A stretch of 64,000 nt of DNA from the NCBI GenBank assembly GCA_030428205.1, contig JAUIBK010000021.1, forward strand, positions 2,523 to 66,522. The letters run 5' to 3'. The stretch comes from a bacterium. Lineage in GTDB: Bacteria > Bdellovibrionota_C > UBA2361 > RFPC01. The notes beneath the pieces were generated by a model, which saw only the letters and a program-made list of their open reading frames with translations, had not been told where the DNA came from and searched no databases. Numbering within the stretch: position 1 is the first letter of the stretch; every line of letters starts with the position of its first letter. Below are positions 1 through 8,933 of this stretch, one piece after another. The position numbers and the translations under genes are program-made.

Positions 1-21
1 CCGCTTTTGCTTGAGCATCAT
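1..21 (-). CDS. Probable 5' end of the next polysaccharide-locus gene (MMLKQKR...), running off the window
   Basis: Minus strand reads AGGAGG-A-ATG-ATG-CTC-AAG-CAA-AAG-CGG, overlapping the end of the upstream glycosyltransferase; too short to identify. Confidence 0.3.
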
Positions 22-1183
22 TCCTCCTAAAATCGTACTCCGCTCGGTGTGGAAACACCTTCATAAGAAGCGTATTCCAATCACGTTCAAATCGCGCAGG
101 CGAAAAGAGCTGTGCACGAGCAGTACAGTGTTCAACAGTAAAGGCCTCTTCATGATCGAGAAAAAACTTGATACTGGCAAGAAGCGCTTCGAGCTCATCC
201 TCGTCTTTTTTGGGCTCGATGAAAACACCTGTACAAGCACGTTCTGACAAATCCTTTTTTTCTGAATCAATCCAGTGCATTACTCCACTAAGTGACTCTC
301 TTAAAGCGCCAGCATAAAGCCCTATAACCGGCCTCCCTGCCGCAAGACACTCAATGGGGATCATGCCGAAATCTTCCTTGCCAGGAAAAACGAGTGCACG
401 ACTGCGTCGGTAGAGCTCTGCAAACTTCTCGTCACTCACCCGCCCAAAGAATGTGACAGTCTCTCCAGCCATCTCTTTAAGCTGTTCTTCCATTGGACCA
501 CTTCCAGCGATCCACAGCGGAAGCCGCAAAGCATTACATGCAGCAACAACGAGGTCAGGTCGCTTATATGGGACAAGCGCTCCAGCATAAAGAAACGCCT
601 CCCCTTTCTCACCCGACTTTGCCGGAGTGATCCAAGAGGTATTTACTGGAGGAAAGATAACTGCCGACTTTCTGCCATAAAATCGGCGAATACGGGAAGC
701 AACAAAACGGCTAATAGCAACAAACTCTGTAACACCACAAGAACGAGCCACATCCCAACTTCGCAAGCGGCTCAGCACCGGCCAAAGTAGTGGCGTCAAC
801 GCTCCAAAGTAGCTTCTTGCTTGATCCCAGATATATCGCATAGGCGTAAAGCAGTAACAGATATGCGTGACTCCCTTAGGTACACGGATATTTTTTGCTG
901 CAGCATGGCTTAGAGAAACAACAAGATCGTACTCTGAAAAATCAAAGGTCGAGATCGCCTTCGGATACAATGGTAAGAGGAGCCGGTAGAATCGCTTACT
1001 CCCAGGAAACTTTTGAAGAAAAGAAACTTTTTTGACACGACTATCGATCCGCTCACTTGTAGCACCAGGAACATGAAAGAGCGTAAAGATATCGGCCTCA
1101 GGATAGAGTGAAAGAAATGCCTCAAGACATCGCTCGCCTCCACGCATTCCATTTATCCAGTCGTGTACGAGAGCAACCCTCAT
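1..1183 (-). CDS. Glycosyltransferase family 4 (WbaZ-like mannosyltransferase), 3' end at or beyond the window edge; absent from the ORF track
   Basis: Manual translation from ATG 1183 gives MRVALVHDWINGMRGGERCLEAFLSLYPEADIFTLFH..., with YCFTPMRYIWD and EDFGMIPIECLA motifs; the start overlaps the stop of the upstream gene (ATGA). Confidence 0.85.
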   Translation of the reverse strand, partial: MRVALVHDWINGMRGGERCLEAFLSLYPEADIFTLFHVPGATSERIDSRVKKVSFLQKFPGSKRFYRLLLPLYPKAISTFDFSEYDLVVSLSHAAAKNIRVPKGVTHICYCFTPMRYIWDQARSYFGALTPLLWPVLSRLRSWDVARSCGVTEFVAISRFVASRIRRFYGRKSAVIFPPVNTSWITPAKSGEKGEAFLYAGALVPYKRPDLVVAACNALRLPLWIAGSGPMEEQLKEMAGETVTFFGRVSDEKFAELYRRSRALVFPGKEDFGMIPIECLAAGRPVIGLYAGALRESLSGVMHWIDSEKKDLSERACTGVFIEPKKDEDELEALLASIKFFLDHEEAFTVEHCTARAQLFSPARFERDWNTLLMKVFPHRAEYDFRRNDAQAKA

Positions 1184-2382
1184 GACGCCTTCGCTCCTCG
1201 AAGCGGATGCCCAAGCCAGGCATCTTGATACACCTGGAGGCACACGTCTGCAATCCCACCTCTGTCATAACGGAGCATCTGCTTACGACGAGCTTCCAAA
1301 TCTGGGCGGCTTGAGAGGTCCCCTCGTTGACGACGCTGCCAGAGACTCAGCAGAGACTCAACAAAAGACTGTATAGAGAAATCAGCCGCGACAACATCAC
1401 GGTTTCCAAGGAGTTCTTGAATCGCAGGAACTGGGCGACACACCACGGGAGTCCCTACAGCTTGGGCCTCAATAACAGGCAGGCAAAAACCCTCTGCCTT
1501 CGATGGAACAACAAGCGCTTCGGCTGAGCCATAGAGCTGAAAAAGTTCTTCACGCGAGACGCTACCGAGAAGATGAACCCCCTTGATTCCCCCTACTTTG
1601 TTGAGCAAACGCTCAACTTCAACAATTGTCTCAGTGCCTTTACCTACAAGCACCAACTTTACATCAGGAAGATCTTCTGCCACACGCCTTTTTTGAAAAG
1701 CTTGAAAAGCCTCAAAAAGATCTCGCACCCCCTTATGTGGTTTGAGCATTGAAGCAACGGCAAGGAAATAGCTTCCACTGACACCAAAGCGGCTCCGTAC
1801 AAAGTCTCCAGAAGGCTGACTCTCAAGGAAAAAGGGATCAAGTGCATTGGGCACAACGGAAATTTTTTGCATCAGATCTTGGCGACCGCCTACAAAACGG
1901 TGCAAGTCTTGAAAGGTCGCCTGACTTACCGTAAGCACTCGTGACGCCCTCTTAAGGGAGGAACGAATAAGAGCTGAGGCGATCCACGGATAATAGACTT
2001 TTTCTGGAAAGTGGATATGAATGAGATCGTGAATAGTAACAACCGTGGGAATAGCGATGCCGTACGGTAAGATATAGTGAGGTGTGTGGAAAATATCGTA
2101 CTGCGAAAAATCAATTCTGCGTGAAAGCCCAAAAAGCTCCTCGAAGGAGTAGGACCGCGCAACTTCAGCAAGGCACTCAACGCTTGAGGCCCACGGCATC
2201 TCTTCGACCTTTTTCGGATCTCCGATCACAGAGACACGAGTATCACGATCAAGCAGACCATTAATAAGATTATTCGTGTAGACCCCTATCCCTCCATCGA
2301 GAATCTTCCTTGCATCAACAAGGACTCGAAGTCCCGGGGAAAAAGAAGCCTGACGACTTAATTCACTACTCTGCGGTTCCAC
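1180..2382 (-). CDS. Glycosyltransferase family 4 (MtfB/WbpX-like)
   Basis: GGIGVY N-terminus, VVTIHDLIH, KPHKG, EGFCLPVIEA (EX7E) motif. Confidence 0.9.
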   Translation of the reverse strand: MEPQSSELSRQASFSPGLRVLVDARKILDGGIGVYTNNLINGLLDRDTRVSVIGDPKKVEEMPWASSVECLAEVARSYSFEELFGLSRRIDFSQYDIFHTPHYILPYGIAIPTVVTIHDLIHIHFPEKVYYPWIASALIRSSLKRASRVLTVSQATFQDLHRFVGGRQDLMQKISVVPNALDPFFLESQPSGDFVRSRFGVSGSYFLAVASMLKPHKGVRDLFEAFQAFQKRRVAEDLPDVKLVLVGKGTETIVEVERLLNKVGGIKGVHLLGSVSREELFQLYGSAEALVVPSKAEGFCLPVIEAQAVGTPVVCRPVPAIQELLGNRDVVAADFSIQSFVESLLSLWQRRQRGDLSSRPDLEARRKQMLRYDRGGIADVCLQVYQDAWLGHPLRGAKAS

Positions 2383-3365
2383 GAACCATCCTCAGACGAA
2401 TCAACGGGAAGAATACTTTTCCCAGATTGAAGCACCCGTCGTACAACATAAATAGGTTTATCCTGAGACTCGTAATAGGTGCGCGCAAGCACCTCGGCAA
2501 GCAAGCCAAATACCAAAAATTGAAGACCAATTATGACAAGCATAACTCCAAGCATGAGGAGTGGCCGGTTGCCCATAGGAATCTGGAAGAAGAGCTTCTG
2601 GATACTCATAACAGCCAGCAGAAGGATTCCTGCAAGCCCACTAAACATACCAAGTGCACCGAAGAGGTGGATGGGCCGCTTTGAGTAGCCAAGGAGAAAC
2701 TTCACGGTTAAGAGATCAAGTAGCACACGAAACGTACGCGAGATGCCGTATTTTGAGGTACCGAACTGACGTGCTCGGTGATTCACCGGTAGCTCAGCAA
2801 TCTTTGCTCCCATCTCGGCGGCAAGCGCTGGGATAAAGCGGTGCATCTCTCCGTAAAGCTTGATGCCGCGCGCGACCTCGCCAGTCATCACTTTCAGTGT
2901 GCACCCATAGTCATGTAGCTGAACGCTCGTTGCTTTTGAAATGAGCCAATTGGCACAGTGGCTCGGAAGCTTTCTCGTAAGGTAGGCATCTTGGCGATCC
3001 TTTCTCCAGCCAGCCACCATATCGTACCCCTCGTTCATCTTCTCGATCATGCGTGGGATTTCGTTGGGATCGTTTTGTAGATCACCATCGAGTGGCACAA
3101 CGATATCGTAACGAGAATGTTCAAAGCCTGCTGCCATTGCGGCTGTTTGACCAAAGTTACGCCGAAACTCAATGATACGAACGGAATCATCCCCACGAGA
3201 TATCTCTTCGAGACGCGGAAGTGTCTGATCTCTTGAACCATCGTCAATGAAAATGATCTCGTGCGGCATATCTAGCCGCTCACAGACGGATTTTACTTCT
3301 AGATAGCACGGCTTAACGTTCTCTTCTTCATTAAAGAGTGGGATGACAATGGAAATTCCAACCAT
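2358..3365 (-). CDS. Glycosyltransferase family 2, ArnC/GtrB-like polyprenol-phosphate glycosyltransferase
   Basis: SIVIPLFNEE, DDGSRD, RNFGQTAA, DGDLQNDP, two C-terminal TM helices; start placed at ATG 3365. Confidence 0.9.
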   Translation of the reverse strand: MVGISIVIPLFNEEENVKPCYLEVKSVCERLDMPHEIIFIDDGSRDQTLPRLEEISRGDDSVRIIEFRRNFGQTAAMAAGFEHSRYDIVVPLDGDLQNDPNEIPRMIEKMNEGYDMVAGWRKDRQDAYLTRKLPSHCANWLISKATSVQLHDYGCTLKVMTGEVARGIKLYGEMHRFIPALAAEMGAKIAELPVNHRARQFGTSKYGISRTFRVLLDLLTVKFLLGYSKRPIHLFGALGMFSGLAGILLLAVMSIQKLFFQIPMGNRPLLMLGVMLVIIGLQFLVFGLLAEVLARTYYESQDKPIYVVRRVLQSGKSILPVDSSEDGSWNRRVVN

Positions 3366-3504
3366 ATTAATACCAAACAACTATTAGTAGACGGCAGCAA
3401 AGTATAGCATGGGGCTTACTGCTAGACGAACGGAGAGATTATCGTATTAGGAGAGGAAAAGAAACCTTATAAGGCTCTGATATTACCGGACTTTCCGGGT
3501 CTTT

Positions 3505-3569
3505 AGAGCAAAATCAAGAGCAAGATACAGAAGAATCCTTGCTCCTGCTCTTGATTTTGCACTTGCTCT
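3505..3569. repeat. GAGCAA/TTGCTC hexamer-based inverted repeat
   Basis: GCAAAATCAAGAGCA (3508-3522) pairs with TGCTCTTGATTTTGC (3546-3560). Confidence 0.7.
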
Positions 3570-3639
3570 ACACAAACAAGAAACATCCCATAAGAAACTC
3601 TCTCATACACCTAAGTTCTCCTGCCTCTTTAAGGATGAA

Positions 3640-3719
3640 TTATAACGCGAAGTACGCGAGGTACGCGAGGTACGCGAAGCTCAACCTCCTTCGCGTACCT
3701 CGCGTACTTCGCGTTATAA
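3640..3719. repeat. Palindrome built from 9-bp tandem units (TACGCGAGG-like)
   Basis: Four units on the left arm and three inverted units on the right arm, both ends bounded by TTATAA. Confidence 0.85.
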
Positions 3720-3767
3720 AAATTCGGCCTGAAAATCTGCAGAGTCAACTAGGGGGGCTAGTCCGGG

Positions 3768-4880
3768 CTAGGAACTAACAGAAATGAACAGTTCTTCATA
3801 CTGATCCGCAATCTTCCCCCACTCATAACTCTCAGAGGCTCGCTCTTTCGCTAAACTTCCAAACCTCTTCAGGGCCTCTTCGTCATCAATAAGCTCCTGC
3901 ATCTTCCGAGCAAGCTCGTCGAAATCGTTCACATCATAAAAAGTGCCAGCGTATGAAAGCACCTCTCTATTTTCCGGTGTTCCATTCGCAATAATACAGT
4001 GCCCATAAGCCATCGATTCGATAAGCGCAGGATGCGTTCCTCCGACCTCAGTGGCTTGAATGTAAAGGCGCGCGTGGCTTTGGAGCTCTTGATAAGCCTC
4101 CCCAAATTGATACCCAGTAAAAACAACTCTGTCATCCGCAGCAGCATGTAGGCTCTCAATATACTCTTTGGCGTAGGGAGCATCACCAACGATAACGAGA
4201 GGATAATCGGTTTTTACTTTGCGGTAGGCTTGAATGACACCAAGAGCATTGTTTTCCGGTTCTAAGCGACTGACATAGAGAATGTACTTCTGAGGTGAGA
4301 GCCCAAGCTCACTTAACAAAGATGTCTTTTCGTGTTGCACCGCACGTGCACCATACGTAATGACAACAGGAGCAGCCTTAAAACGCTTACGATAGTAGTC
4401 TGCTATGACTTGAGCATCAGCAATAACTTTTGTTGCGAAAAGAACTGAACACAACTCTCCAAGCCGATACCACATTCGACCAACCGCATTCCACTTGGCA
4501 CGCTTTCGCTCAATCCCATCAACATTGATCAAGACAGGAAGCCCTCGAAGACGCCCAAGCCACGCAAAGGGACTATTTGCAGCATTGCACAACAACACCA
4601 CATCACACCGACGTCGAAAGAGGTCGAGAAAGCTCGTAAGAGCGTGCAGAGGTGTTTCTAAATACTTCTGCATAATTGTTGGAGTATACCGAACGGTGAC
4701 CCCTCGATACTCTTCATCACTTTTTTGCTCTCCAAAAGAGCGCCTCGCATACACGGTTACTTTGTATCCTCGAGAGACAAGCAGAGTAGAGAGTTCTTCG
4801 GCAAAAGTTTCAAAGCCACCGTAGCGAGCGGGGATACCACGGGTGCCGAGGAGGGAGATATGGAGAGACTTTGATGACAT
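3768..4880 (-). CDS. Glycosyltransferase family 4 (DUF1972-type)
   Basis: LGTRGIPARYGGFETFAEEL, NVDGIE, SRLEPENN, EVGGTHPALIESM; start placed at ATG 4880. Confidence 0.9.
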   Translation of the reverse strand: MSSKSLHISLLGTRGIPARYGGFETFAEELSTLLVSRGYKVTVYARRSFGEQKSDEEYRGVTVRYTPTIMQKYLETPLHALTSFLDLFRRRCDVVLLCNAANSPFAWLGRLRGLPVLINVDGIERKRAKWNAVGRMWYRLGELCSVLFATKVIADAQVIADYYRKRFKAAPVVITYGARAVQHEKTSLLSELGLSPQKYILYVSRLEPENNALGVIQAYRKVKTDYPLVIVGDAPYAKEYIESLHAAADDRVVFTGYQFGEAYQELQSHARLYIQATEVGGTHPALIESMAYGHCIIANGTPENREVLSYAGTFYDVNDFDELARKMQELIDDEEALKRFGSLAKERASESYEWGKIADQYEELFISVSS

Positions 4881-4913
4881 AAAGCTGACAAAAATAAGGA
4901 GTAGATCCTCCTC

Positions 4914-4995
4914 CCACATGCTCTTGCACTTCATCTTGCTCTTGCTCTGAGGAACACATCAGAGCAAGAGCAAGATGAAGTGCAAGAGCATGTGG
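4914..4995. repeat. Perfect 37-bp inverted repeat built on GAGCAA hexamers
   Basis: 4914-4950 is the exact reverse complement of 4959-4995, 8-nt loop. Confidence 0.9.
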
Positions 4996-5202
4996 AGTAC
5001 TCGAGGGTTATACCTATTCATCGCTCAAGCTACAAACGGCAAAGATCTTAACTCCTTACAAGCAAAGCAAAGACATAAAATAGTGTTACAGATTGCCCTC
5101 CTCTATCTGCTATACTCTTCCACAAGCGCTTCATGAAGCCTTAACCGCCCAATTACGATAAGGCTTTGATTCTTTTTTGCTCTTTCTGTTCACGAGGTAT
5201 TC

Positions 5203-7107
5203 GTGGGGGATGTTCGAGACAACGACACCCAAGTAGCACTCACCTGGCCAAGTGTTCGGTCAGCCCAATCTATTTCAGAGCAGTGCGGTCTACTTCTCTT
5301 TGCATACTCCCCCCGCCTCAAGTCTCTCCTTTCCTGCTCTGGTGATTTTGAGTCCGTGCTCGGAGCCCCGCTTACGGAGCTCTCTCGTGAAGCGAACCTC
5401 TTTCTCCGTCACACACATCCTGACGATCGTTTTCCCCTGTTTAATAAACTAGAAAGCGCGCTCGAAGGCGAAGAAGCATACAACACCGTCTACCGGTGGA
5501 TTCGGCCAGATACCGATCAACAAGTTTGGTTACATTGCCGTGCAACTCTCACAAAACAAAACGGCGAAAATGTCTTTGAAGGATTTATCATCGATGTTTC
5601 CTGTCAAATAGAGGAGCTTCCTGGTTCTCTCACAGCAAGCGTTCCCCTCCCAGCTGTCCTTGAAACTTTTCCTGCCTTTGTCTTCGTGCTCGATCTCGAT
5701 TTGCGTATTGCGTTTAGTAATCGAAAACCGAGTAAAATACCTCTCTTTCTCCCAGAAAAACTTTTCAGGAGAGATAAGCTTGAGCAAGGCGCTCTCTTAC
5801 GTGATTGCCTTCCTGAGCGTTCATTTCGCGATACTCTTCTCTCTCACTTTCGCGACATTCTCACCGGAGATCTCATGCACTACGAGCATCAATACTCCGA
5901 ACAAGACTCTGTGAGCGCAGCAAACTTTCTCTTTGAAGCTCAGCCAGTGGTATTTCATGGAGCTCCGTGTGGATTGCTTGTCTCGGTTCGCAACATGGAC
6001 CATGTCTCAAAACTCCGTGCCGAGTTAAATGAGCTCAAAAAATCTGAAGGATTTCGGCGCATTGCTTCAAGCCTCGCTCACCATCTCAACAACATGCTCC
6101 AAGCTGTCCTCGGCCATGCCACGGCCATTCGTATTCATTCGAACTCACCCTCAAGAGTTCGACTCTCTGCTGGCATTATCCATGAGCTCGCAGAAAGTGC
6201 AGCAGGTCTTTCAAGTCAACTCCTTGCACTGGATACACAGAGCAAACAACACGGCTCTTTCGATCTCAATCTCGCCATTATGCAGGCACTCAATCACTTC
6301 GAAGAGTTCTTTAGTACAACAAAAAATATCTCTGTAAATTTCGTCAACCTTCCGCCTATCGTGGGAAACGTCGAGAAACTCATGGGCATTGTGGGCCAAC
6401 TCCTCGCATTCATTCACGAGCACCATAGAGAGGACTCAAATATTATTATTTCGACAACCGGAGAACACTCTTTTCAAAACTCTGGAGAGACCGCTTGGGT
6501 TTCGCTCTCGTTGGAGTGTGAGGTAAACCCAGAGATCAGTCGAGACACATTCGAATCGAATGCCCATCATTTGAAGAACTCTATTGAGGAGTCATTTGGA
6601 AAACTTCTTTTTGCCTGGGAAAAAAATCAGAAGGTAAAACTCTCACTCTCTCTTCCCGCGACCTCCTCTGCTTCGCAAACTACAAAGGAGTCCCTAACAG
6701 ACGTCGAACACCTCAAAAATGCACCAACTATCTTGCTTATTGATGATGACACCATAGTGCTCGAAACAGTAAAAGCTATCTTGAAAGAGAAAGGATATCG
6801 CTGCTTAACGGCTCAAGAACACACTAGTGCTCTCTCAACTGCCCAAAAAAAGAGAGAGGAAATTGATCTCGTATTGCTCGACGCTCTTATGCCTGGCATG
6901 GATGGAGCAACACTGCTCAAAAAACTTTCAACTTTCCTTGATGCTCCAGTTATAGGATTTACTGGAGCTCCTCCTGCGGTAACACAATCTCTTCAAAAGG
7001 CTGGTGCAGTAGAGCTTCTCAAAAAGCCAATTGCTCCAAGTGTTCTCCTTGAGACTGTGCGAAAACATCTTTCTCGTAAAACTCTAAAAGCAGTTGGCAA
7101 CGCATAG
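5203..7107 (+). CDS. PAS-domain hybrid sensor protein (PAS-PAS-HisKA-degenerate HATPase-receiver)
   Basis: PAS_3-like HPDDR...YRWIRP...WLH; H-box LAHHLNNML; intact receiver (IDDD, LLDALMPGMDG, KKP); no recognisable N/G1/G2 boxes. Confidence 0.8.
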   Translation: MGDVRDNDTQVALTWPSVRSAQSISEQCGLLLFAYSPRLKSLLSCSGDFESVLGAPLTELSREANLFLRHTHPDDRFPLFNKLESALEGEEAYNTVYRWIRPDTDQQVWLHCRATLTKQNGENVFEGFIIDVSCQIEELPGSLTASVPLPAVLETFPAFVFVLDLDLRIAFSNRKPSKIPLFLPEKLFRRDKLEQGALLRDCLPERSFRDTLLSHFRDILTGDLMHYEHQYSEQDSVSAANFLFEAQPVVFHGAPCGLLVSVRNMDHVSKLRAELNELKKSEGFRRIASSLAHHLNNMLQAVLGHATAIRIHSNSPSRVRLSAGIIHELAESAAGLSSQLLALDTQSKQHGSFDLNLAIMQALNHFEEFFSTTKNISVNFVNLPPIVGNVEKLMGIVGQLLAFIHEHHREDSNIIISTTGEHSFQNSGETAWVSLSLECEVNPEISRDTFESNAHHLKNSIEESFGKLLFAWEKNQKVKLSLSLPATSSASQTTKESLTDVEHLKNAPTILLIDDDTIVLETVKAILKEKGYRCLTAQEHTSALSTAQKKREEIDLVLLDALMPGMDGATLLKKLSTFLDAPVIGFTGAPPAVTQSLQKAGAVELLKKPIAPSVLLETVRKHLSRKTLKAVGNA

Positions 7108-7164
7108 GGCTCCCTCGCCCCTCTCTTAACACTTTTTCAATCTGGGTAAAGAAGTGTCGATAGG

Positions 7165-7192
7165 CCCGCGAATCACAATTGTGCATCGCGGG
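7165..7192. terminator. Hairpin between convergent genes (terminator or REP-like)
   Basis: CCCGCGA...CACAATTGTG...TCGCGGG. Confidence 0.4.
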
Positions 7193-7254
7193 ACCATACT
7201 TACGAGAATGTCCTTTGCTCGCATATTCAACCTAGAAGACCCCTCAAGCTCTGT

Positions 7255-8079
7255 CTAAAAGCAGAGCCGAGTCGTTGCCCCGACCTCCTCAAGCTCTCCT
7301 TTGATTTGATCCTGGAACTGCTCGACAAGATCCTGCCTTCGAGCCCCTTCCTTGCATATCTTAGGCTCAAGGAGCTCCCCATTTTCATCACATTTGTGAA
7401 GACAATCAAAGACAGGCATTTTCGCTAAGTTTACGAGAAAATCAAAGCTCGCCTTCTCGGGGCCAAGCCCTTCGAAAGTAAACTGAATAACCGACGAGCG
7501 CCGATAAGCTGATGCATCAACGGGATTACGAAAGACCACGCAGTCAACCTCAAATCCCTCGTTTCCGGGAATAGCTCGTGTATCAAGTACCGCACTATGT
7601 ACGCGCTCAAGGTAGTATCCGTGAATCGGGTCAGTGTGGCCTTGAGGAGCACGAAAAAACATATTCATACAATCAAGAGAAATGGTGGCTCCCTCTTCAT
7701 CGATACTCATCATGTATGTCCCAATACCAGTATGGTGATACCTAAATTTCCAGTCGGGAGCACTGCTGACTACAGCTGAGCCTAAGTCTCCATCTATCAG
7801 ACGGTCACTTCCTTTAAGAAAAGACGGCTTATATTGAGCTAGACCTGAGGTAATTTTTGAAGGAACAAGACATTGGATAGCATCACGTGCTTTAAGAATC
7901 CACGGGTGATCTAGAGCACACTCTGCAAAGTTGCCATCAAAAGGCACTTGATGAAACTTCTTGTCGAAACGCCTTTCACGCAACGATTCAAGAATCCCCT
8001 TAGGGACAACATCGTGAAGCTGTGGTAGCCCTGGAGTTTGGGCCCCATCTGCTCGTCGACTAATTGGAAATAAAGACAC
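7255..8079 (-). CDS. Hypothetical protein
   Basis: 274-aa ORF with AGGAG upstream of a GTG start; no family recognised. Confidence 0.65.
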   Translation of the reverse strand: MSLFPISRRADGAQTPGLPQLHDVVPKGILESLRERRFDKKFHQVPFDGNFAECALDHPWILKARDAIQCLVPSKITSGLAQYKPSFLKGSDRLIDGDLGSAVVSSAPDWKFRYHHTGIGTYMMSIDEEGATISLDCMNMFFRAPQGHTDPIHGYYLERVHSAVLDTRAIPGNEGFEVDCVVFRNPVDASAYRRSSVIQFTFEGLGPEKASFDFLVNLAKMPVFDCLHKCDENGELLEPKICKEGARRQDLVEQFQDQIKGELEEVGATTRLCF

Positions 8080-8299
8080 AGAAAATCTCCTACCAAGATA
8101 TACAATACGCTAAGTACACTGTAGCGTGTTTTTCATCCTTACTCACCTCTCATAAAAGTAGTAAGAATTACAGAAGACTGCCCTCTAAAAACATAGCTAA
8201 ATCAGATAACTACCTAAGATTGGAGCGTAATCAACTGGACTTTTCAAATTGAAGCAAGAATACTACTCACCTCGGCTATCTCTTTGTACAAGGCAACCA

Positions 8300-8833
8300 A
8301 TGCATATCTCGTATCGCTTTCTCCTTACCCTTTTTCTGTGTTCTCCTACACTTTTGATAACCACACCTGCTCACGCCGCACGCAAGGTCTGCGTGAAAGC
8401 AAACGGCAAGGCTGTCGTAAAACGTAAGTGTCGTACGGTAAAGGGCGAAATCCAACTTGAACTCAGCTCTCTCGTATCTGCCTTACAGGGGCCCGAGGGC
8501 GCCCAAGGCCCTCAAGGACCTCAGGGAATACAAGGTGAGGAAGGACCAGAAGGATCCTCTGGAATCTCTGGATTTGAGCGTCTTGAAACACTTCATAGTT
8601 CAACCGTTGGTGCAGGCCTCTCTCGGGCGGTGTTCTCACCAGAGTGCCCAGATGGCAAAGCGATCATCTCAGGCTCATGTATGACGAATACCCTTTCCAT
8701 GAACCTCACTTCCTCCACTAGGTGGAGCGGAGCAACTGGCAATAGATGGAGATGCGATTGGTATAATTGGACAATCTCTCCTGTCCCCGCGGATCTTTCT
8801 GCTGAAGTTGTCTGCGCCTATATCGACTCCTAA
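8300..8833 (+). CDS. Secreted protein with short collagen-like (Gly-X-Y) repeat and Cys-containing C-terminal domain
   Basis: Signal peptide ending AHA-A; GPEGAQGPQGPQGIQGEEGPEGSSGISG; start placed at ATG 8300. Confidence 0.75.
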   Translation: MHISYRFLLTLFLCSPTLLITTPAHAARKVCVKANGKAVVKRKCRTVKGEIQLELSSLVSALQGPEGAQGPQGPQGIQGEEGPEGSSGISGFERLETLHSSTVGAGLSRAVFSPECPDGKAIISGSCMTNTLSMNLTSSTRWSGATGNRWRCDWYNWTISPVPADLSAEVVCAYIDS

Positions 8834-8933
8834 CTCTTCTTGTATTCTACTCTTGAAGAAACGAGTTCCCCATTAAAGAATACAGGAGGGGTGCTCTGGT
8901 GCGCATACCCAATAATCTTCAAATAGTTTTCTT

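Noticed and set aside
3539..3778. 79-aa ORF with YARYARYAK
   Set aside because: Translation artefact of the 9-bp tandem palindrome and hexamer repeat
4881..4934. N-terminal extension of the glycosyltransferase in the ORF track
   Set aside because: Starts inside the inverted repeat; family similarity begins after ATG 4880
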